NCBI GenBank assembly: GCA_046290465.1
Contig: JBKAGP010000001.1
Location: 1,216,001-1,280,000 of the forward strand
Source: Planctomycetota bacterium
Lineage (GTDB): Bacteria > Planctomycetota > UBA1135 > UBA2386
Length of the DNA: 64,000 nucleotides
Direction: 5' to 3'
Below are positions 1 through 10,489 of the stretch, piece by piece. The position numbers were made by a program, and so were the translations under genes. Position 1 is the stretch's first letter; each line of letters starts with the position of its first letter. Below the pieces are notes generated by a model, which saw only the letters and a program-made list of their open reading frames with translations, was not told the DNA's origin and searched no databases.

Positions 1-136
1 TCCCCGCCGCCGCGCGCCGGGCGCGGAGCGACCGGAGCCGCGCCGGACCGACCAATCGCGGCCCCAATAAGAACGGCAGCAGTCGCGGGGAAACCGGTAG
101 CGCGATTGGGCGGTCGTGCCGTTGCGACCACGTCGC

Positions 137-142
137 TAGAGT
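137..142 (+). promoter_or_regulatory. Candidate sigma70 -10 element (TAGAGT) for the TRAP dctQM operon
   Basis: TAnnnT hexamer 10 nt upstream of ATG 153; the same TAGAGT/TAGCAT hexamer recurs upstream of other genes in the window. Confidence 0.45.
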
Positions 143-152
143 CTGCAGGTCC

Positions 153-717
153 ATGCAAGGCCTGCTGAGCATCGCCGCGCGCATCGACGCGTGGAACCGC
201 CGGGTCAGCGTCGTCGTCGGCTGGCTGCTGCTGCTGATGGTGCTGGTCGGCGCCTACAACGCGATCGCGCGCTACCTCGAACGCGACGCCGGCCTGCAGT
301 TGTCGTCCAACGCGCTGCTCGAGCTGCAGTGGTACCTGTTCGGCACCGCGTTCCTGTTCGGCGCGCCCCATGCCCTCAAGAAGGGCGCGCACGTGCGCGT
401 CGACGTGCTCTACGGCGGCCTCGCCGAACGCACGCGGCACTGGATCGACCTGTGCGGCGCCGTGCTGTTCCTGATCCCGGCGTGCGCCTGCGCGGTCTGG
501 CTGAGCGTCGACTTCGTGGTCGACTCGTGGCGCGGCGACGAGTGGTCCAACGATCCCGGCGGCCTGCCGCGCTGGCCGATCAAGCCGGCGATCCCGCTGG
601 CGTTCGCGCTGCTGCTGCTGCAGGGCGTCTCCGAAGCGATCAAGCGGTGGGCCGTGCTGCGCGGGGTCGCGACCGCGGCGCAGCTCGAGCTGCACGCGCA
701 CGTGGAGGGCGGCGACG

Positions 718-728
<11 letters not shown>
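153..728 (+). CDS. dctQ: TRAP transporter small permease subunit (DctQ family)
   Basis: 4 hydrophobic helices, ELQWYLF and HVRVD motifs typical of the mannitol/chloroaromatic-type DctQ; overlaps dctM start. Confidence 0.92.
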
Positions 729-2055
<1,327 letters not shown>

Positions 2056-2058
2056 CCG

Positions 2059-3192
2059 CTACGCCCACGCAAACGCGGCGTAGGCGAGCTCGTTGGTGCC
2101 GAGCCACCTGGTCGACTCCTTCGCGAACGCGCGCCAGTGGTCGCGGATCCTGCGGTAGGTCGCATCCTTGCTGGCTTCGTCGTCGACCAGCGAACGGCTG
2201 GCTTCGCGCGCCGCGGTCAGGATCTCCCGGCCGAACGGCCGCAGCTGCACGCCCTTGTCGAGCAGCCGCTGCAGCGCGCGCGGGTTCTCACGGTCGTAGC
2301 GCTGCATCATCGTCTGCGCGGCCTGCTCGATCGCGCCTTCGAGGATCGCCTGGTAGTCGGACGGCAGCGCGTCGAACGCCTGCTGCGAGACCATGAACGA
2401 CAGGCTCGGCCCCGGCTCCCACCAGCCGGGGTAGTAGTAGTTCTTGGCGATCTCGTAGAAGCCGAGCTTCTCATCGTCGTACGGACCGACCCACTCGGTC
2501 GCATCGATCGCGCCCCGCTCCAGCGCCGGATAGATGTCGCCGGGCGCGAGCATCTGCACGCTGACGCCGAGTCGATCCATCGCCTTGCCGCCGAGGCCGG
2601 GGATCCGCATGCGCAGCCCCTTGAGGTCCGCAGGCGTGTGGATCTGCTCGCGGAACCAGCCACCCATCTGCGCACCGGTGTTGCCGCACGAGTAGTTGCG
2701 GATGCCGAAGTCGGCGTAGACCGCGCGCAGCAGTTCGCGGCCGCCGGCCTGCTCGAGCCAGGCGGTCTGCTGCCGCGCCGTCAGCCCGAACGGCACGCAG
2801 GTGTCGAACGCCAGCGCCGGGTTCTTGCCGGTGTAGTAGTAGCCGGCCGACTGGCCGATCTCGGCCGAGCCCTTCTGCACCGCGTCCATCACCTGCGGCG
2901 CCGGCACCAGCTCGCCGGCCTGGTGGCAGCGGATCACGAACGCGCCGTCGGTCATCGCGGCGACCCGCTGCGCCAGCACCTCGGCGACGCCGTAGATGCC
3001 GTCGAGCGTGCGCGGGAACCCCGACGCGAGCCGCCACTCGACCCGCGCGCGACCCTTGCCGTCGGTCGGTGTCGCGGCCTTGCGCTCGCGCGAGAACACC
3101 CCTGCCGCGGACGCGGCGACGATGCCGCCGGCGGCACCGACGAGGCCACCGGTGACGAAGGCGCGGCGCGAATCCGAGGGCTGCTCGCTCAT
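2059..3192 (-). CDS. dctP: TRAP substrate-binding protein (DctP/TakP-type) with twin-arginine signal
   Basis: C-terminal part of ORF 2059..5595; start MSEQPSDSRRAFV; GNTGAQMGGWF, LKGLRMRIPG, ALERGAIDATEWVGPYDD, YYYPGWWEPG. Confidence 0.92.
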   Translation of the reverse strand: MSEQPSDSRRAFVTGGLVGAAGGIVAASAAGVFSRERKAATPTDGKGRARVEWRLASGFPRTLDGIYGVAEVLAQRVAAMTDGAFVIRCHQAGELVPAPQVMDAVQKGSAEIGQSAGYYYTGKNPALAFDTCVPFGLTARQQTAWLEQAGGRELLRAVYADFGIRNYSCGNTGAQMGGWFREQIHTPADLKGLRMRIPGLGGKAMDRLGVSVQMLAPGDIYPALERGAIDATEWVGPYDDEKLGFYEIAKNYYYPGWWEPGPSLSFMVSQQAFDALPSDYQAILEGAIEQAAQTMMQRYDRENPRALQRLLDKGVQLRPFGREILTAAREASRSLVDDEASKDATYRRIRDHWRAFAKESTRWLGTNELAYAAFAWA

Positions 3193-3263
3193 TCGTGCAG
3201 CGTAGCGCCGCAGCAGGTTCGTTCCCGCCACGACGGCAAAACCCGGCCGCCCGCGGCGCTCGG

Positions 3264-3288
3264 AGCGCGTCCATGTAGTGGACGCGCT
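3264..3288. terminator. Perfect 10-bp inverted repeat between the sulfotransferase and dctP (possible terminator or operator)
   Basis: AGCGCGTCCA-tgtag-TGGACGCGCT; no clear U-tract. Confidence 0.35.
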
Positions 3289-3341
3289 GCCGACCGTGAT
3301 CGCGGAAGCGGCGTGTACGCGTGCGGACGGGGCTTTGCCCA

Positions 3342-4216
3342 CTACCGGTAGCCGAGTTCGTCGAGCATCGCGCGCTGCGTGCGTTCGACGATGGCCAGCT
3401 GCTGCTCGTCGAGCGCGTCGCGCCAGCGGCCGATCGACGACTTCGGGTCCTTGCTGGTGCCGTGCGCGGCGAACACCTCGCCGCTCTTGCGCGTCAGGAA
3501 CTCGTGCACCGCCGGGTCGTCCGACAGCTCGCAGAAGCGCAGCAGTTCGGCGACCGTGCGCGGCTCGTGCAGCACCAGGTCCTCGTAGCGGACCCGCAGC
3601 ACCTGCCGCGCCGGCTTCAGGAAGTCGATCAGCTGCCGGTTGAGCCGCGCCCAGTAGACGCAGTGGTCCTCGAAGTCCATGTCGGGCGCGTCGGCCTCGC
3701 GGCGGTCGCGCATCTTGTCGTGGTGCTTCTCGCCGGACAGCGCGCTGTCGCGGCCGTCGCGCACGATCAGCACCCAGTGCGCCCGCGGGAACATCTGCAC
3801 CAGGTCCGGCACCACTTCCGGGAACTGGAACTTGTCGGCCCAGCGCCGGAACGGCCGACCGGCGAAGCGGCGGCGGTAGAAGTCGCGCCACGCGAACATC
3901 AGGCCGTCGCGCGCCGCCTCGGCGAAGTCCTTGGTGTAGACCTCGGGGATCAGCCCCGTCAGCCGGAACTCGCCGTGCTGCATCGTGCGCAGCTGCGGCA
4001 GGTACGACAGCCGGTGCGTCAGCAGCAGGTAGTGCGCGACGTTCGACTCGTGCGTCAGCGCGACGTCGGGGTGGCTGTCGAGGATGTTGGCCGGTGGGTC
4101 GAACCCGAGCGCCCCGAGCTGACGACGAAGATCGGCGCGTCCCAGCGCACCGATTCGCCCCGGATCCGATCGAGGTCCGGGGCGGTCTGCAGCAGCGGAT
4201 CGTCGGGCTCGGCCAT
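3342..4216 (-). pseudogene. Sulfotransferase family protein with a single-base frameshift (or sequencing indel)
   Basis: Frame 1 from ATG 4216 gives PIFVVSSGRSGST (PAPS loop); after a frame change at ~4093 it continues ANILDSHPDVALTHES...WADKFQ...VRDGRD...VRYEDLV...SIGRWR. Confidence 0.8.
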
Positions 4217-4223
4217 CGCTCCG

Positions 4224-6191
4224 CTACAGCTCGTCGGGGCCGCCGACGTAGCCGAGGTAGGCGCTGGCGACGACCACGTAGGGGCTCGCCAGGTAGACCT
4301 GCCCCGGGCCCGAACGGCCGGGGAAGTTGCGGTTGATGGCCGACACCGTGACCTCCTCGGGCGTGAACGACACGCCCGGGCCCGCCTTGATGCAGGCGCC
4401 GCAGCTCGGATCGATCAGCTCGACGCCGGCATTCTCGAACAGCTGCACGTAGCCCATCTTCTCGGCGTAGTCGCGGATCTTCTGGCTGCCGAACTGGATG
4501 TAGGTCTTCGCCTTGAGGCTCAGGCCCTTGTCGGTCGCCTTGCGCACGACCTCGGCATACATGTCCATGTCCGCCTTCTTGCCGCCCGTGCACGAACCGC
4601 CGTAGGCGATCTGGCACGCGACCTCGCCGTGCTCCTTGCGGAACGCGGCGAGCGCGATGCCGTTGCGCGGGTCGCCCGGCGTCGCCACCGTCGGCGCCAC
4701 GTCGCCGAGGTCGATGTCGAAGGTCTTGCAGTAGCTCGCACCTTCGTCGGCCGTGACGATCTGCTGCCGCAGGTGGTCCTTGTCGGTGCCGCGCAGCGCG
4801 TGGATCTGCTCGACGACGACCTCGTCGGCCTCGATGATGCCGGTGAAGCCGCCGGCCTCGACCGCCATGTTGGTCAGGGTCGCGCGCTCGTCGAGCGACA
4901 GCGCCATGGTCCCCGTGCCAGCGAACTCGAGCACCTTGCCGATGCCGTCGCCGCTCTTGAAGAACGGGTCGCTGAGCAGGTGCAGCATGACGTCCTTGGC
5001 GCAGACGCCGTCCTTGAGCTGGCCCGTCAGGTTGACCCGCACCGACTCCGGCACCTTGACGCGCACGTCCTTGGTGAACCAGCTGTTGGCCATGTCGGTC
5101 GAGCCGACGCCGAACGCAAAGCAGCCGATCGCGCCGGCCATGCAGGTGTGGCTGTCGGTGCCGATCACCAGCTGGCCCGGCTCGGCCAGGTCCTCGATGA
5201 CGATGTTGTGGCAGATGCCCTCCGAGCCGACGGTCTTGCCGTCCCGCTCGACCTCGCCGTAGAGCCGCACGTCCTGCGCCTTGGTGAACGACTCCTGCAC
5301 CGTCGCGAGCGACGCCGCCTGGTCCTTCAGGCCCATGTCGATGTGCTTCTGCGGCATCACCCGATCGAGGAACGTCAGGTGGTCGCGGAACGCGAACACC
5401 GAGCCCGGATCGTGCACCTTGGCGTCCTCGCCGAGGCCCATCTTGAACAGCGCCTCGGCCATCGGCGTGACGTACTCGTGGCTGAACCGCACGTCGGTGC
5501 GCACGAACAGCGCGTCGCCCGGCTGCACCGCCTCGATGCCGAGCTGGCCGGTCTTGGCGTCGGCGATCGCGCGCTGGCTGATGATCTTCTCGCACAGCGT
5601 CATCGCGCGCTTCTGCGTCGCGACCTTCGGCGGCGCGGTCGCGCCGGCCAGGCGCGCCTTGTTGTAGGCGAACAGGCCGCCGTGGCGCACGATCTCGGTG
5701 GCGATCGGATCGAGGCCCTTGGTGAACTCGTCGATCGAGATCTGCTCACCCGCCTGGATGCGGTCGATCAGCGAGAAGTCCGTCGACGTCAACAGGCCGA
5801 TGTTCTGGCAGTTCTGGCCGTAGATCTTCTCGATGTTCTTGGCGATGACGAGCTGCACGCCCGCCTTCAGCTCGCTGAACGGCGCCGTCTCGCGCGAGCT
5901 GCCACAGCCCTTGCTGACGCCGCTGACGATCACCGAGAACTTGCCGTTCTTGATCGCGTCCTTCTCGACGTTGCCGCCGCGCAGGCCCACCAGGCAGTAC
6001 CGCGCGAGCGTCTCGTCGTAGTAGTAGCAGACCCAGCCCGGCGTCAGTTCGTCGGTCGAGATGTTGTCGATCAGCTTCTGGTCCTTGCCGTCGGGCAGGT
6101 CCACGCCGTCGTAGAGCTGCGCCTTCAGCAGCGTCTCGTCTTCGGTCAGATACAGGATCCGGCCGTCGAAGGTCATGTTGGAGTCACGCAT
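4224..6191 (-). CDS. Aconitase-superfamily [4Fe-4S] hydro-lyase: fused LeuD-like swivel domain (N) and LeuC-like large domain (C)
   Basis: DNISTD and GCGSSRE in the N-terminal part; RDH, GICH, GTDSHT, GGSCT, CGAC and NRNFPGRSG in the C-terminal part. Confidence 0.88.
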   Translation of the reverse strand: MRDSNMTFDGRILYLTEDETLLKAQLYDGVDLPDGKDQKLIDNISTDELTPGWVCYYYDETLARYCLVGLRGGNVEKDAIKNGKFSVIVSGVSKGCGSSRETAPFSELKAGVQLVIAKNIEKIYGQNCQNIGLLTSTDFSLIDRIQAGEQISIDEFTKGLDPIATEIVRHGGLFAYNKARLAGATAPPKVATQKRAMTLCEKIISQRAIADAKTGQLGIEAVQPGDALFVRTDVRFSHEYVTPMAEALFKMGLGEDAKVHDPGSVFAFRDHLTFLDRVMPQKHIDMGLKDQAASLATVQESFTKAQDVRLYGEVERDGKTVGSEGICHNIVIEDLAEPGQLVIGTDSHTCMAGAIGCFAFGVGSTDMANSWFTKDVRVKVPESVRVNLTGQLKDGVCAKDVMLHLLSDPFFKSGDGIGKVLEFAGTGTMALSLDERATLTNMAVEAGGFTGIIEADEVVVEQIHALRGTDKDHLRQQIVTADEGASYCKTFDIDLGDVAPTVATPGDPRNGIALAAFRKEHGEVACQIAYGGSCTGGKKADMDMYAEVVRKATDKGLSLKAKTYIQFGSQKIRDYAEKMGYVQLFENAGVELIDPSCGACIKAGPGVSFTPEEVTVSAINRNFPGRSGPGQVYLASPYVVVASAYLGYVGGPDEL

Positions 6192-6195
6192 CGGC

Positions 6196-7413
6196 TCAGG
6201 ACCTCTCGAGGATCATCGCGATGCCCTGGCCGCCGCCGATGCACGCCGACGCGCAGCCGAGCGCCTTGCCCGTCTCCTCCATCTCGCGGACCAGCGTCAG
6301 CAGCAGACGCGTGCCGGTCGCACCGAGCGGGTGGCCGAGCGCGATCGCGCCGCCGTTGACGTTGCACTTGTCGCGGTCGAGGCCGAGTTCCTTCTCGCAG
6401 CCGAGGTACTGGCCGCTGAACGCCTCGTTGATCTCGATCAGGTCGAGGTCCGAGACCTGGATGTCGGCCTTCTGGCAGGCCTGCTGGATCGACGGGACCG
6501 GACCGAGGCCCATGACCTCCGGCTCGACGCCGGCGATGCCCCACGACTTGATCTTGGCCTTGACGTCGAGGCCGAGCTCCTTGGCGTGCTCGGCGGTGGT
6601 CACGACCAGCATGGCCGCGCCGTCGACGATGCCCGACGCGTTGCCGGCGGTCACCGTGCCGTCCTTGCCGAACGCCGGGCGCAGCTTCTGCAGGCCCTCG
6701 AGCGTCGTCTCCGGCTTGATGTGGTCGTCGCTGTCGACGACGAACTCCTTGCGACCCTTCTGCACGGTCAGCGGCGCGATCTCGGCGGCGAACTTGCCGG
6801 CCTTGACCGCGGCGGCGCCGAGCTGGTGGCTGCGCAGCGCGTATTCATCCTGCTCCTCGCGCGAGATGCCGACCTTCTTGGCGACGTTCTCGGCGGTCTG
6901 CGCCATGAAGAACTTGCAGAACGGGTCGTAGAGCGCCGCGAACAGCAGGTCCTCGATCTTCTGTTCCTGGCCGAAGCGGAAGCCCTCGCGCGCGCCGCGG
7001 ATCACGTGCGGCACCTGGCTCATGTTCTCCATGCCGCCGGCGAGGCACATCTTGGACTCGCCGAGCAGCATCGAGTGCGCGGCCGAGACCACCGACTGGA
7101 TGCCGGAGCCACAGAGACGGTTGACGGTCAGGGCGGGCTTGGTGTGCGGGACGCCGGCCTTCAGCGCCACGTGGCGCGCGCCGTAGATCGCGTCGCTCGA
7201 CGACTGGGCCGCGTTGCCGACGAACGTCTCGTCGACCTGCTCGGGCTTGACGCCGGCGCGTTCGAGGGCGGCCTTGGCCGCGTGCGCGCCGAGATCGATG
7301 GCGCTGACATCCTTGAACTTGCCGAAACCGGGGGTGCCGGAATACTCCGCCATGGCGGTGCGGGCACCGCCGACAATGACCAGATCAGATTGCATCCGGA
7401 GAGCATCGGACAT
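6196..7413 (-). CDS. Thiolase (acetyl-CoA C-acyltransferase)
   Basis: VNRLCGSG, TAGNASG, EINEAF, GAIALGHPLGATG and CIGGGQG motifs; start at 7413 or 7395. Confidence 0.95.
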   Translation of the reverse strand: MSDALRMQSDLVIVGGARTAMAEYSGTPGFGKFKDVSAIDLGAHAAKAALERAGVKPEQVDETFVGNAAQSSSDAIYGARHVALKAGVPHTKPALTVNRLCGSGIQSVVSAAHSMLLGESKMCLAGGMENMSQVPHVIRGAREGFRFGQEQKIEDLLFAALYDPFCKFFMAQTAENVAKKVGISREEQDEYALRSHQLGAAAVKAGKFAAEIAPLTVQKGRKEFVVDSDDHIKPETTLEGLQKLRPAFGKDGTVTAGNASGIVDGAAMLVVTTAEHAKELGLDVKAKIKSWGIAGVEPEVMGLGPVPSIQQACQKADIQVSDLDLIEINEAFSGQYLGCEKELGLDRDKCNVNGGAIALGHPLGATGTRLLLTLVREMEETGKALGCASACIGGGQGIAMILERS

Positions 7414-7620
7414 GGTCTTTGTGGACGCAAGTTTCGCGGTCGGCCGCACCACGGCCGTCGGGGGCCATGGTGCGAGCGCGGCGAGGGTCGGCAAGCCGCG
7501 ACGCCGACGGCGGTTCCGCTCGGCGCCCCAGAAAAATCGACGCGTGGCTGAGCCGCTGCGCGCCGGTCCTGCGCAGGTCGGGGCGGACGCGCCAGCGAGC
7601 GCCTCCGCCACCAAACCGTC

Positions 7621-9771
7621 ATGAACACCACATCCTTCCGTCCCGCCCACGCCGGGCGCCACCTGACCCTTCTCTGCCTGCTGGCGGCGCCGTGCGCGGC
7701 GCAGCAGGCCCTGCAGCCGAGCAGCGCCAGCACGACGTTGCCCGGCTCGTCGTCGATCCTCGGCCTGATCAGCCAGGGCGGCCTGACCGCGACCTACGAG
7801 GACGCGGTGACCGACTTCGCGACCTTCGTGGCCCGAGCCAGCCACCAGAACAGCAGCGCCCTGTCGCTCGACCGGCCGTTCGCGGTCGGCGGGATCGTCA
7901 CGTTCGATCTGGGCACGAGCCGCGAGGTCGACGCGATCGCGCTGTGGGGCCAGCAGACGCTGGCGAACACGCTGACCGCGTTCACCCTGTTCGCCGACGG
8001 CGACGACAACTTCGGCAACGGCACCACCGCGACGCTCGGCTCGTTCGCCAGCCCGATCGGCCAGGCCGGCGAGGCGTTCGCGTTCGCACCCGTCGCGACC
8101 CGCTTCGTGCACCTGCGCGTCGACGGCAACGGCGGCGGCACGCGCGTCAAGATCGGCGAAGCGGTGTTCCGCCGCGCCGCCTCGGTCGACGACGCCGACC
8201 GCACGATGGTCGCACCGACCGCGGTGACGACCTCCCTGATCCCGCTGTTCGGGCTGTTCCCCGAGGGCAACCTGATCGACCAGTCGGGCCTGACCGCGCC
8301 CTACGTCGACGGCGTGACCGACTTCGCGACCTACGTGCCGTCGACCAACCACCCCAGCAACAACGCGACGTCACTGCTCGCCAACAGCAACGGCCAGAAC
8401 CAGGCGACGGGCGTCGTCGACCTCGGCGAGACGATCACGCTCGACTTCGGCCAGCAGCGGGCCGTCGATGCGATCGCGATCTGGAACTCGCTGCCCGCCC
8501 AGGAGTCCCTGCTCGGCTTCGAGCTGTTCGTCGACGACGACAGCGACTTCGGCAACGGCACCACCGCGACGCTCGGCTCGTTCGCCTGCGCGCCGGTCCT
8601 GACCGGCCAGGCGTTCGCGTTCCGGCCGGTCCGGACCCGCTTCGTGCACCTGCAGATGACCGCGCACGGCGGCGGACCGTTCCTGCGGCTGGGTGAGATC
8701 GCGTTCCGCAACGCGGTCGGCGTCACCGCGACGCTCGCGCACACCGGCAGCTTCGTCGGCGGCGTCGCCTACGACCGCGTCAGCGACGAGCTGGTCGTCG
8801 TCGACGACACCGACCTGACCGTCACGTTCTACGACCGCGCGACCGGGGCGCAGACGGCGCAGTTCGCCGCGCCCGGCAACAACGCGCTGATCGGGGCGCA
8901 GGTCGACATCACCACCGGCAACCTCTGGGTCGTCGGCGAGGACGAGGTCGTGCGCCAGTTCGACCGCACCGGCGTGATCGTGTCGTCGTTCTCGGTGCAG
9001 CCGGCCGTCAACGATGCCTCGGCGCTCGCCATCGACCCGGTGTCCGATACGATCTGGATCTCCAACGACGGCAACAACACGGTCACCGAGTTCGACAAGA
9101 GCGGCAACCCGACCGGCGCCTCGTTCACCCCGGCCGGCAGCACCGACGGCGACGGCCTCGCCTACGACCCGACGACGCGCACGTTCCTGCTCGGAGAGGA
9201 CGGCCAGAACGCGATCCTCGTCGTCGACCGGACCGGCGCGCTGGTCGACCGTTTCGACCTCGGCAGCCTCGGCCTGAGCCCTGAGGGCCTCGCCGTCGAC
9301 ACTACCACCGGCAAGGTCTTCTGCGGCAACGGCACGGTCGCGTCGACGGTGTCCGAACTGAGCGGCATCGTCGCGGCACCGCCGGCCGGTGCGCTGACCC
9401 GCTACGGGACGCCGTGCGGCGGCCGGATCGCGGCCAGCGATGTCGTCGCCGACGACGGCGCGACCGACGCCGGCGTGTGGTTCGGCTACCAGGGAACGCT
9501 GCCGCCGGGCAACGCGTTCCTGCTGCTGTTCGGCACCTCCCGCCAGAACATCCCGCTGGCGCCGATCGTGCCGTCGACGTGCACCGCGTTCGCGACCGGG
9601 GACCTGCTGTCGGTGTTCGACCTGACCAGCGGTGCCGGCCGCGGCGGCTTCCGGCTGGCGCTGCCGCCCGGGTTCCGCGGCTTCCGGTTCACGGCCTGGG
9701 CCGCGGACGTCGACCTCGGCACGTTCGGCATCCCGAGCGCTTCGGGTGGCCTCGAGATCGTGCTGCAGTAG
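7621..9771 (+). CDS. Secreted protein: two tandem discoidin/F5-8-like domains, an NHL-type beta-propeller and a lineage-type C-terminal domain
   Basis: Signal peptide ending AAPCAAQQ; internal 179-aa repeat (TFDLG...VDAIALW...FGNGTTATLGSF...TRFVHL); LAIDP/LAYDP/LAVD repeats. Confidence 0.8.
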   Translation: MNTTSFRPAHAGRHLTLLCLLAAPCAAQQALQPSSASTTLPGSSSILGLISQGGLTATYEDAVTDFATFVARASHQNSSALSLDRPFAVGGIVTFDLGTSREVDAIALWGQQTLANTLTAFTLFADGDDNFGNGTTATLGSFASPIGQAGEAFAFAPVATRFVHLRVDGNGGGTRVKIGEAVFRRAASVDDADRTMVAPTAVTTSLIPLFGLFPEGNLIDQSGLTAPYVDGVTDFATYVPSTNHPSNNATSLLANSNGQNQATGVVDLGETITLDFGQQRAVDAIAIWNSLPAQESLLGFELFVDDDSDFGNGTTATLGSFACAPVLTGQAFAFRPVRTRFVHLQMTAHGGGPFLRLGEIAFRNAVGVTATLAHTGSFVGGVAYDRVSDELVVVDDTDLTVTFYDRATGAQTAQFAAPGNNALIGAQVDITTGNLWVVGEDEVVRQFDRTGVIVSSFSVQPAVNDASALAIDPVSDTIWISNDGNNTVTEFDKSGNPTGASFTPAGSTDGDGLAYDPTTRTFLLGEDGQNAILVVDRTGALVDRFDLGSLGLSPEGLAVDTTTGKVFCGNGTVASTVSELSGIVAAPPAGALTRYGTPCGGRIAASDVVADDGATDAGVWFGYQGTLPPGNAFLLLFGTSRQNIPLAPIVPSTCTAFATGDLLSVFDLTSGAGRGGFRLALPPGFRGFRFTAWAADVDLGTFGIPSASGGLEIVLQ
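8009..8586 (+). repeat. 41-bp identical direct repeat inside the duplicated domain (8009-8049 and 8546-8586)
   Basis: ACTTCGGCAACGGCACCACCGCGACGCTCGGCTCGTTCGCC occurs twice, 537 bp apart. Confidence 0.85.
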
Positions 9772-9931
9772 CGCTTGCGACGTGGGCGCAGCTACCGCCG
9801 ACGCCGCCCCGGCCACGGGTCCGGTGCGGCCCGACATCGCGAGGCGATGCGGGCGGCTCCGTGCCGCTCGCAACTCGCGGCTGGCATCTCGCCGCGGTCG
9901 GCGCGACGATCCTCGTCCGCCCCCGAGCGCG

Positions 9932-10489
9932 ATGCCCCGCAACGACGTCACCGAGATCCTCGCCGCCGTGCAGCGGGGCGCGCCCGCCGCGACCGAACGC
10001 CTGTTCGACGTCGTGCACGGCGAACTGCAGCGCATGGCCGCCGACAAGATGCAGGGCGAACGAGCCGGCCACACGCTGCAGCCGACGGCTTTGGTGCACG
10101 AAGCCTACCTGCGGCTGCTCGGCAACCAGGACCGCCTCGAGGATCGCGCCCACTTCTTCGGCGCGGCGGCGCGCGCGATGGAGCGCGTGCTCGTCGACCA
10201 CGCGCGCAGGCGGCAGGCCGACAAGCGCGGCGGCGCCGACGCGCAGCGCGTCTCGCTGCACGAACTCGACCTGGCGGTGGCCAACCGCGACCTCGACGTG
10301 TTCGCCGTGCACGAGGCGATCGACGCCCTCGAGGCCGAGGACACCGAGCTGGCGGCGCTGGTGCGCTACCGCTACTTCGTCGGGATGACGCTCGAACAGA
10401 TCGCCGCCGTCTGCGACACGTCGTTGGCGACCATCAAGCGACGCTGGGCGTTCGCCCGCGCGTGGCTCTACGATCGGCTGCAGGCGTGA
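9932..10489 (+). CDS. ECF sigma factor, TIGR02999/kinase-associated type
   Basis: DVTEILAA, GHTLQPTALVHEAYLRL, HFFGAAARAM...LVDHAR, RYFVGMT, RRWAFARAWL. Confidence 0.92.
   Translation: MPRNDVTEILAAVQRGAPAATERLFDVVHGELQRMAADKMQGERAGHTLQPTALVHEAYLRLLGNQDRLEDRAHFFGAAARAMERVLVDHARRRQADKRGGADAQRVSLHELDLAVANRDLDVFAVHEAIDALEAEDTELAALVRYRYFVGMTLEQIAAVCDTSLATIKRRWAFARAWLYDRLQA

Noticed and set aside
2059..5595. Apparent giant ORFs or N-terminal extensions (2059..5595, 6196..8352, 24131..27361, 25558..28302, 45619..47451, 53042..54964, 57456..58880)
   Set aside because: The Arg/Gly/Ala-rich upstream parts overlap other genes or promoters; the recognisable proteins begin at internal starts
4224..6191. 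Assigning gene symbol leuC/leuD or acnB
   Set aside because: The family is clear, but substrate specificity cannot be determined from sequence or context
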